A DNA stretch of 63,827 bases, filler included, from Chiloscyllium plagiosum (Eukaryota), in assembly GCF_004010195.1 (NCBI RefSeq). It is 6 parts of one record of this genome, joined end to end, with 100 filler letters (N's around TTAATTAATTAA, not from the genome) between each part and the next. Parts side by side here need not be neighbours in the genome. Positions count along the whole stretch, not along the records: positions 29,943 to 40,404 come from NC_057717.1; positions 40,505 to 59,473 come from NC_057717.1; 4 more parts are not named here. One strand, written 5' to 3'. Position 1 is the first letter of the stretch. Each line of letters begins with the position of its first letter. Positions 37,097-49,029 of this stretch are shown here, one piece after another. The translations under genes were made by a program, and so were the position numbers. The notes under the pieces are model-generated. The model saw nothing but the letters and a program-made list of their open reading frames with translations. It made no database searches and was not told the DNA's origin.

Positions 37097-37994
37097 TCAG
37101 ATTAATTGAAAAAGTGGACAAAACGGATACTGAAGCCTATTCTCCAAATTTTCTCGAAACTTTGATTGGATTATAGCATAGACGCAAGTGTTTGTGCAGC
37201 AGTCCGAGATTTGCAGAATGAAGCTCAGTTCAAGTAGAAAATAAGATAATAGTATCATCTCATAACCAAAGTTTTAAATCCGTTTCCACTAACAAACCAG
37301 GGTCACCAACGCACATAACAGGACGAAAGTTCTCGAGGTAGCATACATGAATATAAGTCCTTCGGCTTTCTCCCTTGTAAGCGCCATCACTATTCCAAAT
37401 TCTGTGAGGGTGGAGCCTTTTGCGTTTTCGGCTGCTCATGAGCACCTGTCTGATAGTGAAAATATTCAGCAGCGCAATATGAAAAAATGGAACTACCAGC
37501 GACAGAACATGATACAAGAACTCTACTGCTGTGCAGAGCAGAGAGAATTGAACTTTCTCGGCCATGACACAAATCCACGTGGTGTTCCACATTCGGTAGG
37601 AACCAGTTAGCATTGAATACCAGCTGACATTTTTTTAAAAAAAAACAGCACAGTACGCCAATTGTTCCAATAATCACACCTGCTGTCTTAACGGTTCAAA
37701 ACTTACTTCTCCAATTCTTGGAATAAATGGTCACAAATCGGTCAAAAGTAAAAGCGATAGTAAACTCGACAGATGCGTCTGTGGCTGTATTTAACACTGC
37801 TGCATGTAATTTACACATTAGGATGTCCCGCAGGAAACGAAAATGATTGTGATAAACAAGAACAATGTGTCTTAGTATCAGGTCGAAGCTCATGACAAGT
37901 CAGTCCGTCACCACCATGGCCGCCATGTATCGTGTGGTACATTTGGAGAGACCACATTGTTGACGACGCAGTATCACAACCGTCAGTATGTTTA
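37097..37994 (-). pseudogene. Divergent GPR139-like GPCR pseudogene (exon 2 equivalent)
   Basis: Acceptor ccactaacAG|TA AAC ATA at the same phase-1 position as in paralogs 1-3. NILTVVILRRQQCGLSKCTTRYMAAMVVTD*, FTIAFTFDRF, VPFFHIALLN and CTNTCVYAIIQSKFRENL. In-frame TGA at 37902-37900 and 37698-37696; frameshift at the T/A run ~37630-37646. Confidence 0.88.
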
Positions 37995-38233
37995 CTGTTA
38001 GTGGCAATTAAATGCAGAGTTTGTAAACCAGGTTGGTATCATATTTGAAATATTATTTGTTGGTCTTTCTACAAATGTTACTGTTTCATGTGTTGTGATA
38101 AAATTATTCAAACTCACTTATTTTTAAAGATATGTGTTGGAGTATAAAACACATTTGCATTATAAAACCGTGACAAGCTGAATTTTTTTAAGTACGCATT
38201 GAGTCATTTAACATTCTTCCGTCCACCAGATCA

Positions 38234-38538
38234 TTAGATTCGATTACTTACAGTGTGGAAACAGGCCCTTCGGCCCAACAAGTCCACACCGACTCGCAGA
38301 AGCGCAACCCACCAAGACCCATTCCCCTCCAGTTACCCCTTCACCTAACACTGCGGACACTTCACTGAATCTGCATATTTTGGGGCTGTGGGAGGAAGCC
38401 GGAGCACCCGCAGGAAACCCTCGCAGACACGGGGAGAATGTGCAAACGCCACACAATCAGTTGCCTGAGGCGGGAATTGAACCCGGAACTCTACCACTGT
38501 GAGGCAGCAGTGCTGACCATTGTGCCACCGTGCTGCCC
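38234..38538 (-). mobile_element. HE1-type SINE
   Basis: gggcagcacggtggcacaatggtcagcactgctgcctcac head, ccgggttcaattcccg B box, and CR1-like tail. Confidence 0.88.
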
Positions 38539-40010
38539 ATGGTTTTGAAACCAACCATCTCTGCTGATTTCGCATTGAATGGATTAAAAAATTGTGAGTG
38601 CCAGAGCGCCCAAGTCGGTGGCCAGCAGATAAATCCTGTGTTTGTGTTCTTGGAGGAGATGGAATCCTAAAATCGGTAGACAATGTAAACTTCTGAAAAA
38701 ATGATATGTCTTCCATGAAAAGGCCATTGCTTTTTCAAGAACTGAAGTTGATCAGTTCCCACATTGGTGTTAGCCAACTACTGACATTGCATGCAAAGCA
38801 AAGATTTCGCCGATATTAATCTTGTTTCAGTTGGAATATGTAGTACATGCCATAGACAGTGTGGTCCAACAATTATTGACTGTACGCAATAATTTCATGC
38901 TCGATTAGAGCCAGGCTGACAAAAATGAAACATAACACACAAAAGGCTCTTCGGCCAACTATGTCTGTATTAGGCAAAAACAACACACTTCGACGTGTTG
39001 ACACCCTCAAGTTTACAATACTCATTGAAAATTAATTTCGTATACTTACCTGACCTCATCAGCATGGAATGTGCCGCAAATGCATTGCGCACCACACGTT
39101 TCCTTCTTTCCAGCAGAATTAAAATTTTGATCTCAACGTCAATTGGGATAGATTGTGACTAATAACGATCGCACTGGCCAAAGGTTCAATTGATGCAAAG
39201 GAAAATGATTATATTGCCTGATCAATCCTACGTTTACTTTTTGAGATTCAAGCCTGAATGTAGTAGTCACATCGCCAGATCAACGCAGCAGCTCATGGTA
39301 AAGGTGGATGCACTATTGCCTTGAATAATCAGGTAAAATACAGTTCTTTTCATCTAATTCTTGCCCGAACTTAAAAATGAAATAAAGAAACACAGAGTAA
39401 GAAACAATGGCTACTTCACATTTCTCTTCTTAACGTCCCGTTCATTTCAGAAGCTATTGTTCCATATCTTGATTGGCTTCAGACAGGAACGGAATTTAAT
39501 TACAACCCGCAGCACAAACACTGGAATTGGTTGCCTTGACTGACGACCTTCAAAATAAATCAGCTGGAAAGAAATTCTATACCGCCTCCACGTTCGCTGT
39601 TATGACTAAAGTGCACATAATGTTATACAATAATAAACCACGTTCAAGGGTGCACTGGAGCATGGTGACATTTTGCGAGACGTCGATAGAGACATTACAT
39701 TTCCACTTTTTAATTCAATTTGCTCTTTAAACCTAAATATCAAGTCTAATAGAATTACTAACAACGTTCACTTACAACTTCTTTCAGTTCTCAAGATGCT
39801 ACGACTGACGAGGCTCGAAAACCATCTCTCCAATCTCAAGCGCAGCCTAATTAAAGGCTTGCCATCTTCCAGCACACCTAGCCCACTCGTGAAAACCCAG
39901 AACAGAGGTTCATTTAGCCTGGGAGCAAGAACTGACCCCATGGTGACAAATACCAAGCCCACCAGACGATGGCAATTCCTCGTGAAGCCTCGTTAACGAT
40001 ATTCACACAC

Positions 40011-40404
40011 TGGAGCCAATTGGAGCTCCCTGACTTACCGAAAATGCCAGCTCCGGATCCCGTCCGCGCTCACCCCAGCCCGGACGGAATTTCACATTGG
40101 CTCCAAGGTCCCGTACTTCCCGCGGGAGCCTGTGCCCCACAACCTGAGCCGCCTCCGAAATTTTAATTTTGTTTTGTTTAGGGAGGTGAAGAGAAAGGCC
40201 CTGTATCAACTGCTGCTGCACACCATCCACCTCTTCTCCCTCATCCACCGTCCGGACACGCCTTGGCGTCCCCATTTGCCACCGGGCGGTGGGGATCCCC
40301 AGTGGAGGGCTCTCCTCACAGGAGTCCTCCCCTTTTCTGTCGGGGATCTGGGGTGGAGGGTGCTGCACGCAGCAGTCCCCTGCAACCGCAGATTGCGGTG
40401 GTCC
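40011..40404 (+). mobile_element. Tx1/L1-clade LINE ORF2 C-terminal fragment
   Basis: GC-rich block encoding LYQLLLHT..RPDTPWR..PQWRALL..GDLGWRVLHAAVPCN, the region just before the zf-RVT finger of Tx1-type ORF2. Ends at a gap. Confidence 0.7.
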
Positions 40405-41204
40405 NNNNNNNNNNNNNNNNNNNNNNNNNNNNNNNNNNNNNNNNNNNNTTAATTAATTAANNNNNNNNNNNNNNNNNNNNNNNNNNNNNNNNNNNNNNNN
40501 NNNNGAGACTTCACATGTTTCAGACTACCAATTCTACAATTAATTGAGCATGATCGGTACACTGTGAAGTTTGCATGTTAAAACTGCAACCACTGAGTCA
40601 GTCAGTACAAGTCTCCAATGTTGCTGATTTCTGTCGACATTCTGTCTTTATAAAAATGTTCAGATCATTTTGGAAATGTCATGAGCAGGGAAGGGATGAA
40701 TAGAAGATATTTTGGGGTCCAATGGAACTTCGCGATATAAACAAAAACATGATAAAATATCTTAAATGCTGCCAGATGTTGATTGAATTTGTTTCTGGAT
40801 TTTACACTGAAGAGACGCAATATACACTCAGTGGTCAGATTTTAAATGGAGACCTCGAATGGGGAAAGCTATGGTGTAACACCTGTTATTTCAAATTACT
40901 TTGCTCTGACTTTGTTGGCAGATACACGTGGAACAAATACGAATCTGAATATGAAACATATTGTTCGGGAGACAATGGGCGAGGTTGTTGTTGAAATGAA
41001 TATCGGTTCAGGCTTCCTGTGATGTCCCAGCTAGATCCCAACCTCAGAGCCAGAAAACCTGTGTTCAATTACCAACTCTTCGAGAGGTACAGAATTACAT
41101 ATTTAAGCAGGTTAGTTAGCAATATCTGGATGAACACTTCTAATGCATTGAGGGTTTATATGTCTTATACGCTAACATTTATTAGCCCGATTTCACCATA
41201 GAAA

Positions 41205-42265
41205 ATCCCAGATGGCCTCCTTCTTCAAGGAACACGATTTCATCCTCAAGATATAAAAACTACCATTCAGTACGTCTGCTCCACACTGCACAACCCCGAG
41301 CTTGAACCACAGTCCTCCAATCGCAATAAGAACAGAACCCCAATCGTCACTTTCACAAAACCAACCTCCAGGTACAGTATATCATCCTCCACATTACTGC
41401 AACTGACAAACTGACACTACCACCATGGATATATGTCTCTCCTCTCCCGTATCTGTGGTCTGCACAGACCATTCCCACCACAATTCCCTTGTTGTGTCTC
41501 CGCCCCCCAACAACCCATACTCCACTCTTGGCACCTTCACTTAACACCACAAAATTTGTACAACCTGTGCTAAAACTGCAGCTCCCAACGCCATCCAAGT
41601 AACCGAAAGAATCTTCCTGCATCCGAGCCAGTTTTTCCTTTGCCAAAACACACGTAATCTACTGCATCCGTCGTTAGCAATGTGGTCTCTTCAACATTTT
41701 GGAGGCGGGATGCCAACCTGCGGAACGCTTCAGAGAAGATCTCGGGGAAACACATTAAACAAATACATCGCCCTGTCGCCGTAAATGTTAACTCCATCCT
41801 CTACCATGCCAAGGTCATGCAAGTCCCTGGACTCCTCCTCTGCCAAATGCCAGACACCCTATGACTGGAGGAAGAATGCCTCATCGTCCATCTTGCGACC
41901 TTCCAATCACACAAGAGGAATGTCAATTTCATCTTTTTCCTCATCTGTCCTCCCCCCAGCCTATCCCACAAATTCACCCCTCCAATTTGAACTGACCTCC
42001 CTGTACATCTTCCTTCCTATCGCTCCGCTCCACCCAATGCTTCAACCTTACACACCAATCCCACCAGCATATTCGACCTATTGCATTCCCAAATACTTAA
42101 CTCCCAGTGCAGCTCCTCCCGTTTATCTCTCAGCTTCGTCGGCTTCCCTCACATTCATGATGAAGATCTTACGCTTGTATCGTCGACTTTCCTTTTCCTC
42201 GGATGCTGTCAGACTGGCTGTAATTTTCCAACACCAAACGTTTTGGCACTCATTGTCAGAGTCTG
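41205..42265 (+). mobile_element. Penelope-like element family A, decayed 3' part (GIY-YIG and terminus)
   Basis: VIYCIRR.QCGL..FGG..RFREDL is a GIY-YIG remnant; ggaggaagaatgcctcatc is also present. Similar to 47880-48880. Confidence 0.7.
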
Positions 42266-42269
42266 GCAT

Positions 42270-43015
42270 TTATTTTGTGTAAATGTTGCCTGTCATTTGT
42301 CAGCACAACCCTCGATATTGTCCAGGTCTCATTGCATTTGAGCATGGACTGTTTCAGCATACGAGGACTCGTGAATTGTTTTAGCATTTTGCAGGTACCA
42401 GCGAGCATCCCCACTTCTGAACCTTTGACGAAGGGAAGGTCACTGATGATGCAACTGATGCTTCTTTGGCCTCGGACACTTCCCTGAGGAATGTCTGCAG
42501 AGATGACCTGGAGGTGGGATGACTGACAGCCAACGAAGAGTATAACCTTGTGTACGAGGTATGTCTTCAATCGCTGGAGATGTTTCCACCTAATAACCAT
42601 TGATTCCAGTTATAATAGAGTTCCCTGATGCCTCACCTGGTCGAATGCGGCATTGATGTCGAGGGCTGATGTTACCACCCACTTGTATTTAACTCCTTTT
42701 TCCATATTTGCACAAAAATTGTAGCGAGTATTGAAACTGATTGGTCCTGGTGGAACATAAAATGGTGTCGTTCAAATATTTAAATATTCCTGGATTATAT
42801 CTTTTCCACACTATAATTTAATTCCTTTTGGTTGATTGCATTGTTAATGACACTTTCTATCATTTCACTGATGATCAAGAGTAGGCTGATTTGTAGTGAT
42901 TGGTTATCATGGATTTGTTCTATTTTTGTACAAAACTTAGACATTGGAAATTTTCTGCATTGTTGGGTATATGCTACTGTTAGAACTGTGCCTGAACACC
43001 TTAGGCCGCGGTGAG
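42270..43015 (-). mobile_element. LINE family B RT fragment
   Basis: ALDINAAFDQVRHQG and ISADIPQGSVRGQ..CIISDLP..SEVGMLAG, homologous to 285-552. Confidence 0.78.
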
Positions 43016-44481
43016 ATATTTGATCCCCATTACGACCAATTTAGTTGAAACATTTTAACGTTTTATTGTGATGCATATCAGACTGCACGAATCACTGGAG
43101 AAATTGAAGACCGGTTTACTGATTTGCTGCATTTGATGTGCATGACAGTATTTTGACTGAGTTGGACATTGGAGTAAGCAGTTAAGAAAATTAATGAATG
43201 CAAACGAGAGGGCAAAGCAAACTGCAATCCTGTTTCTGCACGAACATGAAACCACAGCGAGATTTACTTAATATTTGGGATGATGAGACATGGATGACGA
43301 TGCTCAGATAAAGAAAGGCAAAGAACATGAGATCATTACATTTTGCACTACGCTCTGATTTTGAAAGTGGAGGTCGGGGCGAGAATAATCTAACAGATAT
43401 TTCGTTGCTCCCTCGTGAATTGTCTATATACCAATAAGGAACATGTTCTCCTTGAATTTCACATGGTGCAGGCAAGACGAGATCCCTCAGACGTTTCATT
43501 TACCTCGGCTAACGGCATGTTCAAAAGTTGAGTCAGCTTCAGCAGCTCAAGTTCCCGATAATCGTCCAATCGGAGAAACAGGTTACGTTTACAAGGTCAG
43601 ACTTATGTTCCCTGTGTAATGCTGTTAATTTAATTTGATGAGTCAGACATCTTTCCGTAATTATTAAGTAAATATGAGTGTAACTATTTGACCAACGATT
43701 ATACACTTGGATGTGGTGAGCAATCTTCGTGAACATCTGAACCCGATGTCAGTTAGATGCAGTTGTTCTGTTCATTGGAACGATGTAACATCTTGTGAAC
43801 AGTCGGTGAAAGAACAGGAAAATATTTCCTACTTTTCGAAAAGACATGATCTGGAGGAAAACTGCACAAGTTGTTAGTTCAAGATGCATTTCAGTGCAGC
43901 AGGATTGGATCTTATTTCTGTTCGAGTTGTTATTTCTGCATATAAAGTCAGAATAGAGGGGAATGACCTTCATTGTCACATGCACTGCCATGTGCCATGT
44001 GTCACCAATTTGGCGCCAAGTTAGGGATAGATTCTGAAGCTCTTGTTACAGAAATTACAGAGTAAACATTACGTTTAGATTAAGAATACAAAGTTTTACC
44101 CAGAATACAAAATAAAAGTGAGCATATAAATAAAAGTGTCTTTAAAATGTACCAAATTACAGTCGGTTTCACTTACTCCATGAAATCCGTGCACCAGAAC
44201 TGTAGGCCTAGCTGCTTCCTTGCCCTGGACTCTACCCCGGGGCCCGGCTCCATGAATTAACTGCACAGACTCCGACTGTCTCCCGCACCATGTTCCAGAC
44301 CACAATTTCACCACCGGGACTTGGCTGCAAAGTGTAAAATTCAAATAGTCCTGGATTATACCTTATCCACACTTCAATGTATTTTCTTCTTTTCCAAGCA
44401 CATCTTATATCATGTTTAGATACATTTTGTTATTTTAAGAACATAGTTTATTTTCTTTGAATAAAACACAATATCATATAG

Positions 44482-44584
44482 GTAAAAAAACAGACCTGAT
44501 GAAGGGCATTTGCCCGAAACGTCGATTTCGAAGCTCCTTGGATACTGCCTGAACTGCTGTGCTCTCCCAGCACCACTAATCCAG
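44482..44584 (+). mobile_element. 103-bp PLE-terminus insertion with intact hammerhead core and 12-bp TSD
   Basis: AATATCATATAG at 44470-44481 and 44585-44596. CTGATGA-AGGGC-ATTT-GCCC-GAAA-CGTC at 44496-44523. Confidence 0.85.
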
Positions 44585-45079
44585 AATATCATATAGTCGT
44601 TTTATAACTGTTCAGTTTTTTTGGGTTTGGTGTTGCTGAACACCCTCAATGAGTGCTGGGTATTGACATTCTTGATCCATCGTGTATGCTATGCCTCAGT
44701 TCTTCCTCGAATTCTAGTTTTAAATGGAGGTTCTCGAATTACATAGGAAAAGCTTGACGCTAATAATCTTACTGGAGAGATGTGAACGGATTTCAGTGCA
44801 ATTCGAACAGTAGGTAGCATTCAGCTTTCGGTTTTCTTGCAAATGTTTAATCAGTTTTATTTCCATATTTCATGTTGTGATTGATTCATTGAATAGTACA
44901 GCACAGCTAAAATACGTCTTTTGGTCACACTGGTAGCATCATTTATAAACAGGCACCAACGATTCTAATCCCATTTTTTACAGTTCTTGGCACATTGCCT
45001 TGTCCAGTTTGGCGTCACAAGGTTCACTTTGCGTACAATGCATGTTTCTAATACAAGTATATTTGCTGGCAGTGAGTTC

Positions 45080-45510
45080 AAAGTTCAGTGTTTGTGAGAA
45101 GATTTGTAGCTCGGGTGCTCGTTGTTGTGGTTCTGTTCGCCGAGCTGTGAATTTGTGTTGCAGACGTTTCGTCCTCTGTCTAGGTGACATCCTCAGTGCT
45201 TGGGAGCCTCCTGTGAAGCGCTTCTATGTTGTTTCCTCCGGCATTTATAGTGCTTTGTCTCTGCCGCTTCCGGCTGTCAGTTCCAGCTGTCTGCTGCAGT
45301 GGCCAGTATATTGGGCCCAGGTCGAGATGTTTGTTGATAGAATCTGTGGATGAGTGCCATGCCTCTAGGAATTCCCTGGCTGTTCTCTGTTTGGCTCGTC
45401 CTATAATAGTAGTGTTGTCACAGTCGAATTCATGTTGCTTGTCATCCGTGTGTGTGGCCACTAAGGATAGCTGGTCATGTCATTTCGTGGCTAGTTGGTG
45501 TTCATGGATG
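45080..45510 (-). mobile_element. Family P Penelope 3' end and pseudo-LTR
   Basis: HEFDCDNTTIIGRAKQRTAREFLEAWHS. HHR GCA-CTGAGGA-TGTCACCTAGACAGAGGAC-GAAA-CGTC-TGC at 45159-45199. Confidence 0.9.
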
Positions 45511-46054
45511 NNNNNNNNNNNNNNNNNNNNNNNNNNNNNNNNNNNNNNNNNNNNNNNNNNNNNNNNNNNNNNNNNNNNNNNNNNNNNNNNNNNNNNNNNN
45601 NNNNNNNNNNNNNNNNNNNNNNNNNNNNNNNNNNNNNNNNNNNNNNNNNNNNNNNNNNNNNNNNNNNNNNNNNNNNNNNNNNNNNNNNNNNNNNNNNNNN
45701 NNNNNNNNNNNNNNNNNNNNNNNNNNNNNNNNNNNNNNNNNNNNNNNNNNNNNNNNNNNNNNNNNNNNNNNNNNNNNNNNNNNNNNNNNNNNNNNNNNNN
45801 NNNNNNNNNNNNNNNNNNNNNNNNNNNNNNNNNNNNNNNNNNNNNNNNNNNNNNNNNNNNNNNNNNNNNNNNNNNNNNNNNNNNNNNNNNNNNNNNNNNN
45901 NNNNNNNNNNNNNNNNNNNNNNNNNNNNNNNNNNNNNNNNNNNNNNNNNNNNNNNNNNNNNNNNNNNNNNNNNNNNNNNNNNNNNNNNNNNNNNNNNNNN
46001 NNNNNNNNNNNNNNNNGTGTGGGTTTTATTACTCCCTGTGGTTTTATGATTATC

Positions 46055-48880
46055 GAGGAGAACTTGAGGACTGCAGGTGCTGGAGATCAGAGTCGAGAGT
46101 GCTGCGCTGGAAAACCAAAGCAAGTCAGGCTGCATCTGAGGAACAGGAGAATCGACTTTTCAGGCATACATACTTCATCAGGAAAGACGTTTCTGGGCCG
46201 AAAGAAAGAGAGATTAATGGGAAGCGGTGAAGCTGTGGGGAAGTTAACTGAGAATGCAATATGTAGTTGAGGTGGGGGAGAAGATGATAGGCCGGAGAGG
46301 CAGTTGGAGCTGATCAATGAGAAAGATTATGGTTAGGTCAATACGTCCCTGCCGATTTAGAGGCTTGGGACTGGGGTAGGTTGGAGGAGGGTAAATGAGG
46401 AAATTGGTGCAATTCACTTTCATCCTGTGTGGTTGCAGGGTCCAAAGGCAGAAGACGAGGCGTTCTTCCTCCAGGCGTCCGTGGTTGAGGTTTAACGATG
46501 AAGAATGCTCAGGACATGCATGTTCTTCATGGACTGGGGGTGGGGGGTGGGGGAGTTGAAGTGTTCAGTCACAAGGCGGTGGGGTTTGGTTGGATCTTTT
46601 GTCCTAGAGATGTTTTCTGAAATGATCTGAAATTTGGTGTGCCGTTTCCCTGATGCCGAGGAGATTACATCGTTCACAATGGATACTGCAGATGACATTT
46701 AAGAAAGTATAGGTAAATTTCTGTTGGACTTTGATGGATTCTTTGGCGCCTTGTATATATGTGAGGGAGGAGTTGTGGGCACACGTTTTACACTTCTTGT
46801 GATGGCAGGAGAAGATCCCTGTGGGGTGGGCTGATCAAGGGGCAGCTTGGATCTGACAACAGATTCGCGGAGGGATTTGTCTATCAGAAATACTGCTTGT
46901 GGTGGAGGGGGTGCTATATTCAAAGTGGTGGAGGCGGTGGAATTGGCGGAGGATGATTCCATGTATACTGATTTTGGTGGGATTGAATGAGATGACCAGG
47001 ACCACCTCTGGGGATGTTCCATCTATCGCCTCCAACTTCACAATCCAGGAACACCACACCTCCCGATTTTACCTCCTACTTAAGATTCACAAGCCTGACC
47101 TCCCCAATCGAACCATTGTATCAGCCTCCTTCTGTTCCACTAAACGCATCTCTGCAAACCTTGACACCACTCGGTTCCCCCAGAACACACCACCTACATT
47201 CAGGACACTACCCAAGTCCTCCGCTTCCTCCTGTAAGACCTTCGTTTACCCGAAAGCCTATGCATCACCTTCAACATTGACATCCAGTTCGTATACACAT
47301 GTGTCCACCACGACGAAGGGCTCCAAACCTTCTGTTTCTTCCTCTCATCCCTTGCTAACCAGTACCCTTCCACTGACACCTTCATTTGCATGGCCAAATT
47401 GGTCCCCACGCTTAAATAATACCCTCCTAATGTTTCCACTTCCTCCAGTCCAAAGGGGTAAACCTGGTCTCCCACATGTGTCCCTGCTATGTCTGCCTCT
47501 TTGTAGGGTGCGTAGAACAGACCAGCTTCCGCAAATATAACGGCATCATGCCCACCATTTCGTCCACGATGTCGATGACTGCATTGACGCTATCTCGCTC
47601 TCCCACGAGGTGGGTAGACAGTTTATTAACTTTGACAAAACCCTTTCTTGCCGACCTCAACTTCACCTTGACCATCTCAGAATACTCTCTTCCCTTCCTG
47701 AATTCCTCCACTTCCATCTTCGGACACCGAGTAACTAGGGACATCTGCAAACACACCGAATCCCACAGCTACCTGGATGCCACATCCTCCCAAACTGCCG
47801 ACCAGAAAATAAACATCCCTTGTTCCCAATTCCTCCTTCTCCACCACAGCTGTTCCCAGGATGGCCAATTTAACCATAGAAAATTCCAGTTGCGCTCCTT
47901 CTTCAAATACCTCAATTTTCTATCCCGCGTGTTTGACAATGTGCTCTGCCATCTCCACGAATGGTGCATTTCCCGCACCTATGCCCTTGAACCCCACCTC
48001 GCCCAACGCAACAAGGACAGTACATCCCATCCCCACTTCCTACCCCAAAATCCTCTGCATATATCGCATAATCCTCCGCAACTTCCAATACCTGCAAACA
48101 GACCCCATCACGACGGATACATTTCCCTTCCTCTCAGGGTTTCGCACAAACCATTCCTTCTGCAATTCCCTTGTCAGATCCGTGCCATCCACCAGCCAAC
48201 ACCCAACTCCCAGCATCTTTACCTCCCACCGCAAAAAATGGAAAATGTACCTACACACCTTCGCACTTACATCTTCCTTCATCCGACAGAAATTTACGTG
48301 TACTTTCATAAATATTATTTACTGTATTCATTGACTTCGATGTGGTCTCCTCTACATCGGGAAGATAGGACGCCAACTTGCAGATCATTTCAGAGAATAT
48401 TTCTGGGACAACCGCACCAACTAATCCCACCACCCCGTGGCTGAATACTTCAATTTCCTGTCCCACACCATAAATGACATGCAGGTCCTGGACCTCCTCC
48501 ATTGCCAAACCCTGAATATCTGACGTTTGGAGGTCGAACGCCTCATCTTCAGCCTTGGAACCCTACAACCACATGGGGTGAAAGTGTATTTCAACAGTTT
48601 CTTAGATTCCAGTCCAGCCGACCTAGGGCTCCAACTGGACATCGCGCTTTTGACTTGTCTATCGTTTGTCCTAACTATCAGCTTCACCTTCCTCTCTGAC
48701 TTATCGAATTCTCCCATCCTTCATCTACCGATTGCATTCTCTGCACCTTTCCTACAGCCCCACACAAGCCTGATTCCTGACGAAGGGCTTCTTCATAAAA
48801 TGTCAATTCTCATTCTCCTCAGATGCTGTCTGACCTGCTCTATTTTTCTGGCAGCATATTTTGCTTTGCTACTATCTGAC
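46055..48880. mobile_element. Penelope-like element family A: inverted 3' copy (46055-~47010, -) joined to RT-GIY-YIG body (~47010-48880, +), decayed
   Basis: RFYLLLKIHKP..RTIVS, FNIDIQFVY (motif A), PCYVCLFVG, HDVDD (YIDD), LPFLN and NIIYCIH*LRCGLLYIG (GIY-YIG). Degenerate HHR termini at ~46150-46181 (-) and ~48776-48810 (+). Confidence 0.85.
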
Positions 48881-49029
48881 ATTTATGTAATGTGTGGCAA
48901 AAATGAACAGCAGTCCAGGACAGTGAAAGTGATTTTGCAGTTGGTTCTTCTCAGTGAATCCATCGTGGTAGCTCATGCGCTGCCTGCAACACATCCTTTC
49001 TGAAATTCACTGGCAATTAGACTTGATGG

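Noticed and set aside
39045..39120. Strong - strand donor (CAG|gtaagt) as exon 1 of the GPCR pseudogene
   Set aside because: The phase-1 translation (RKRVVRNAFAAHSMLMRS) lacks the YYP..A...P pattern. It could be a UTR exon but is unsupported.
44011..44028. TGGCGCC primer-binding-site-like motif
   Set aside because: Matches a tRNA-Lys PBS for only 7 nt, and no paired LTR or gag is adjacent.
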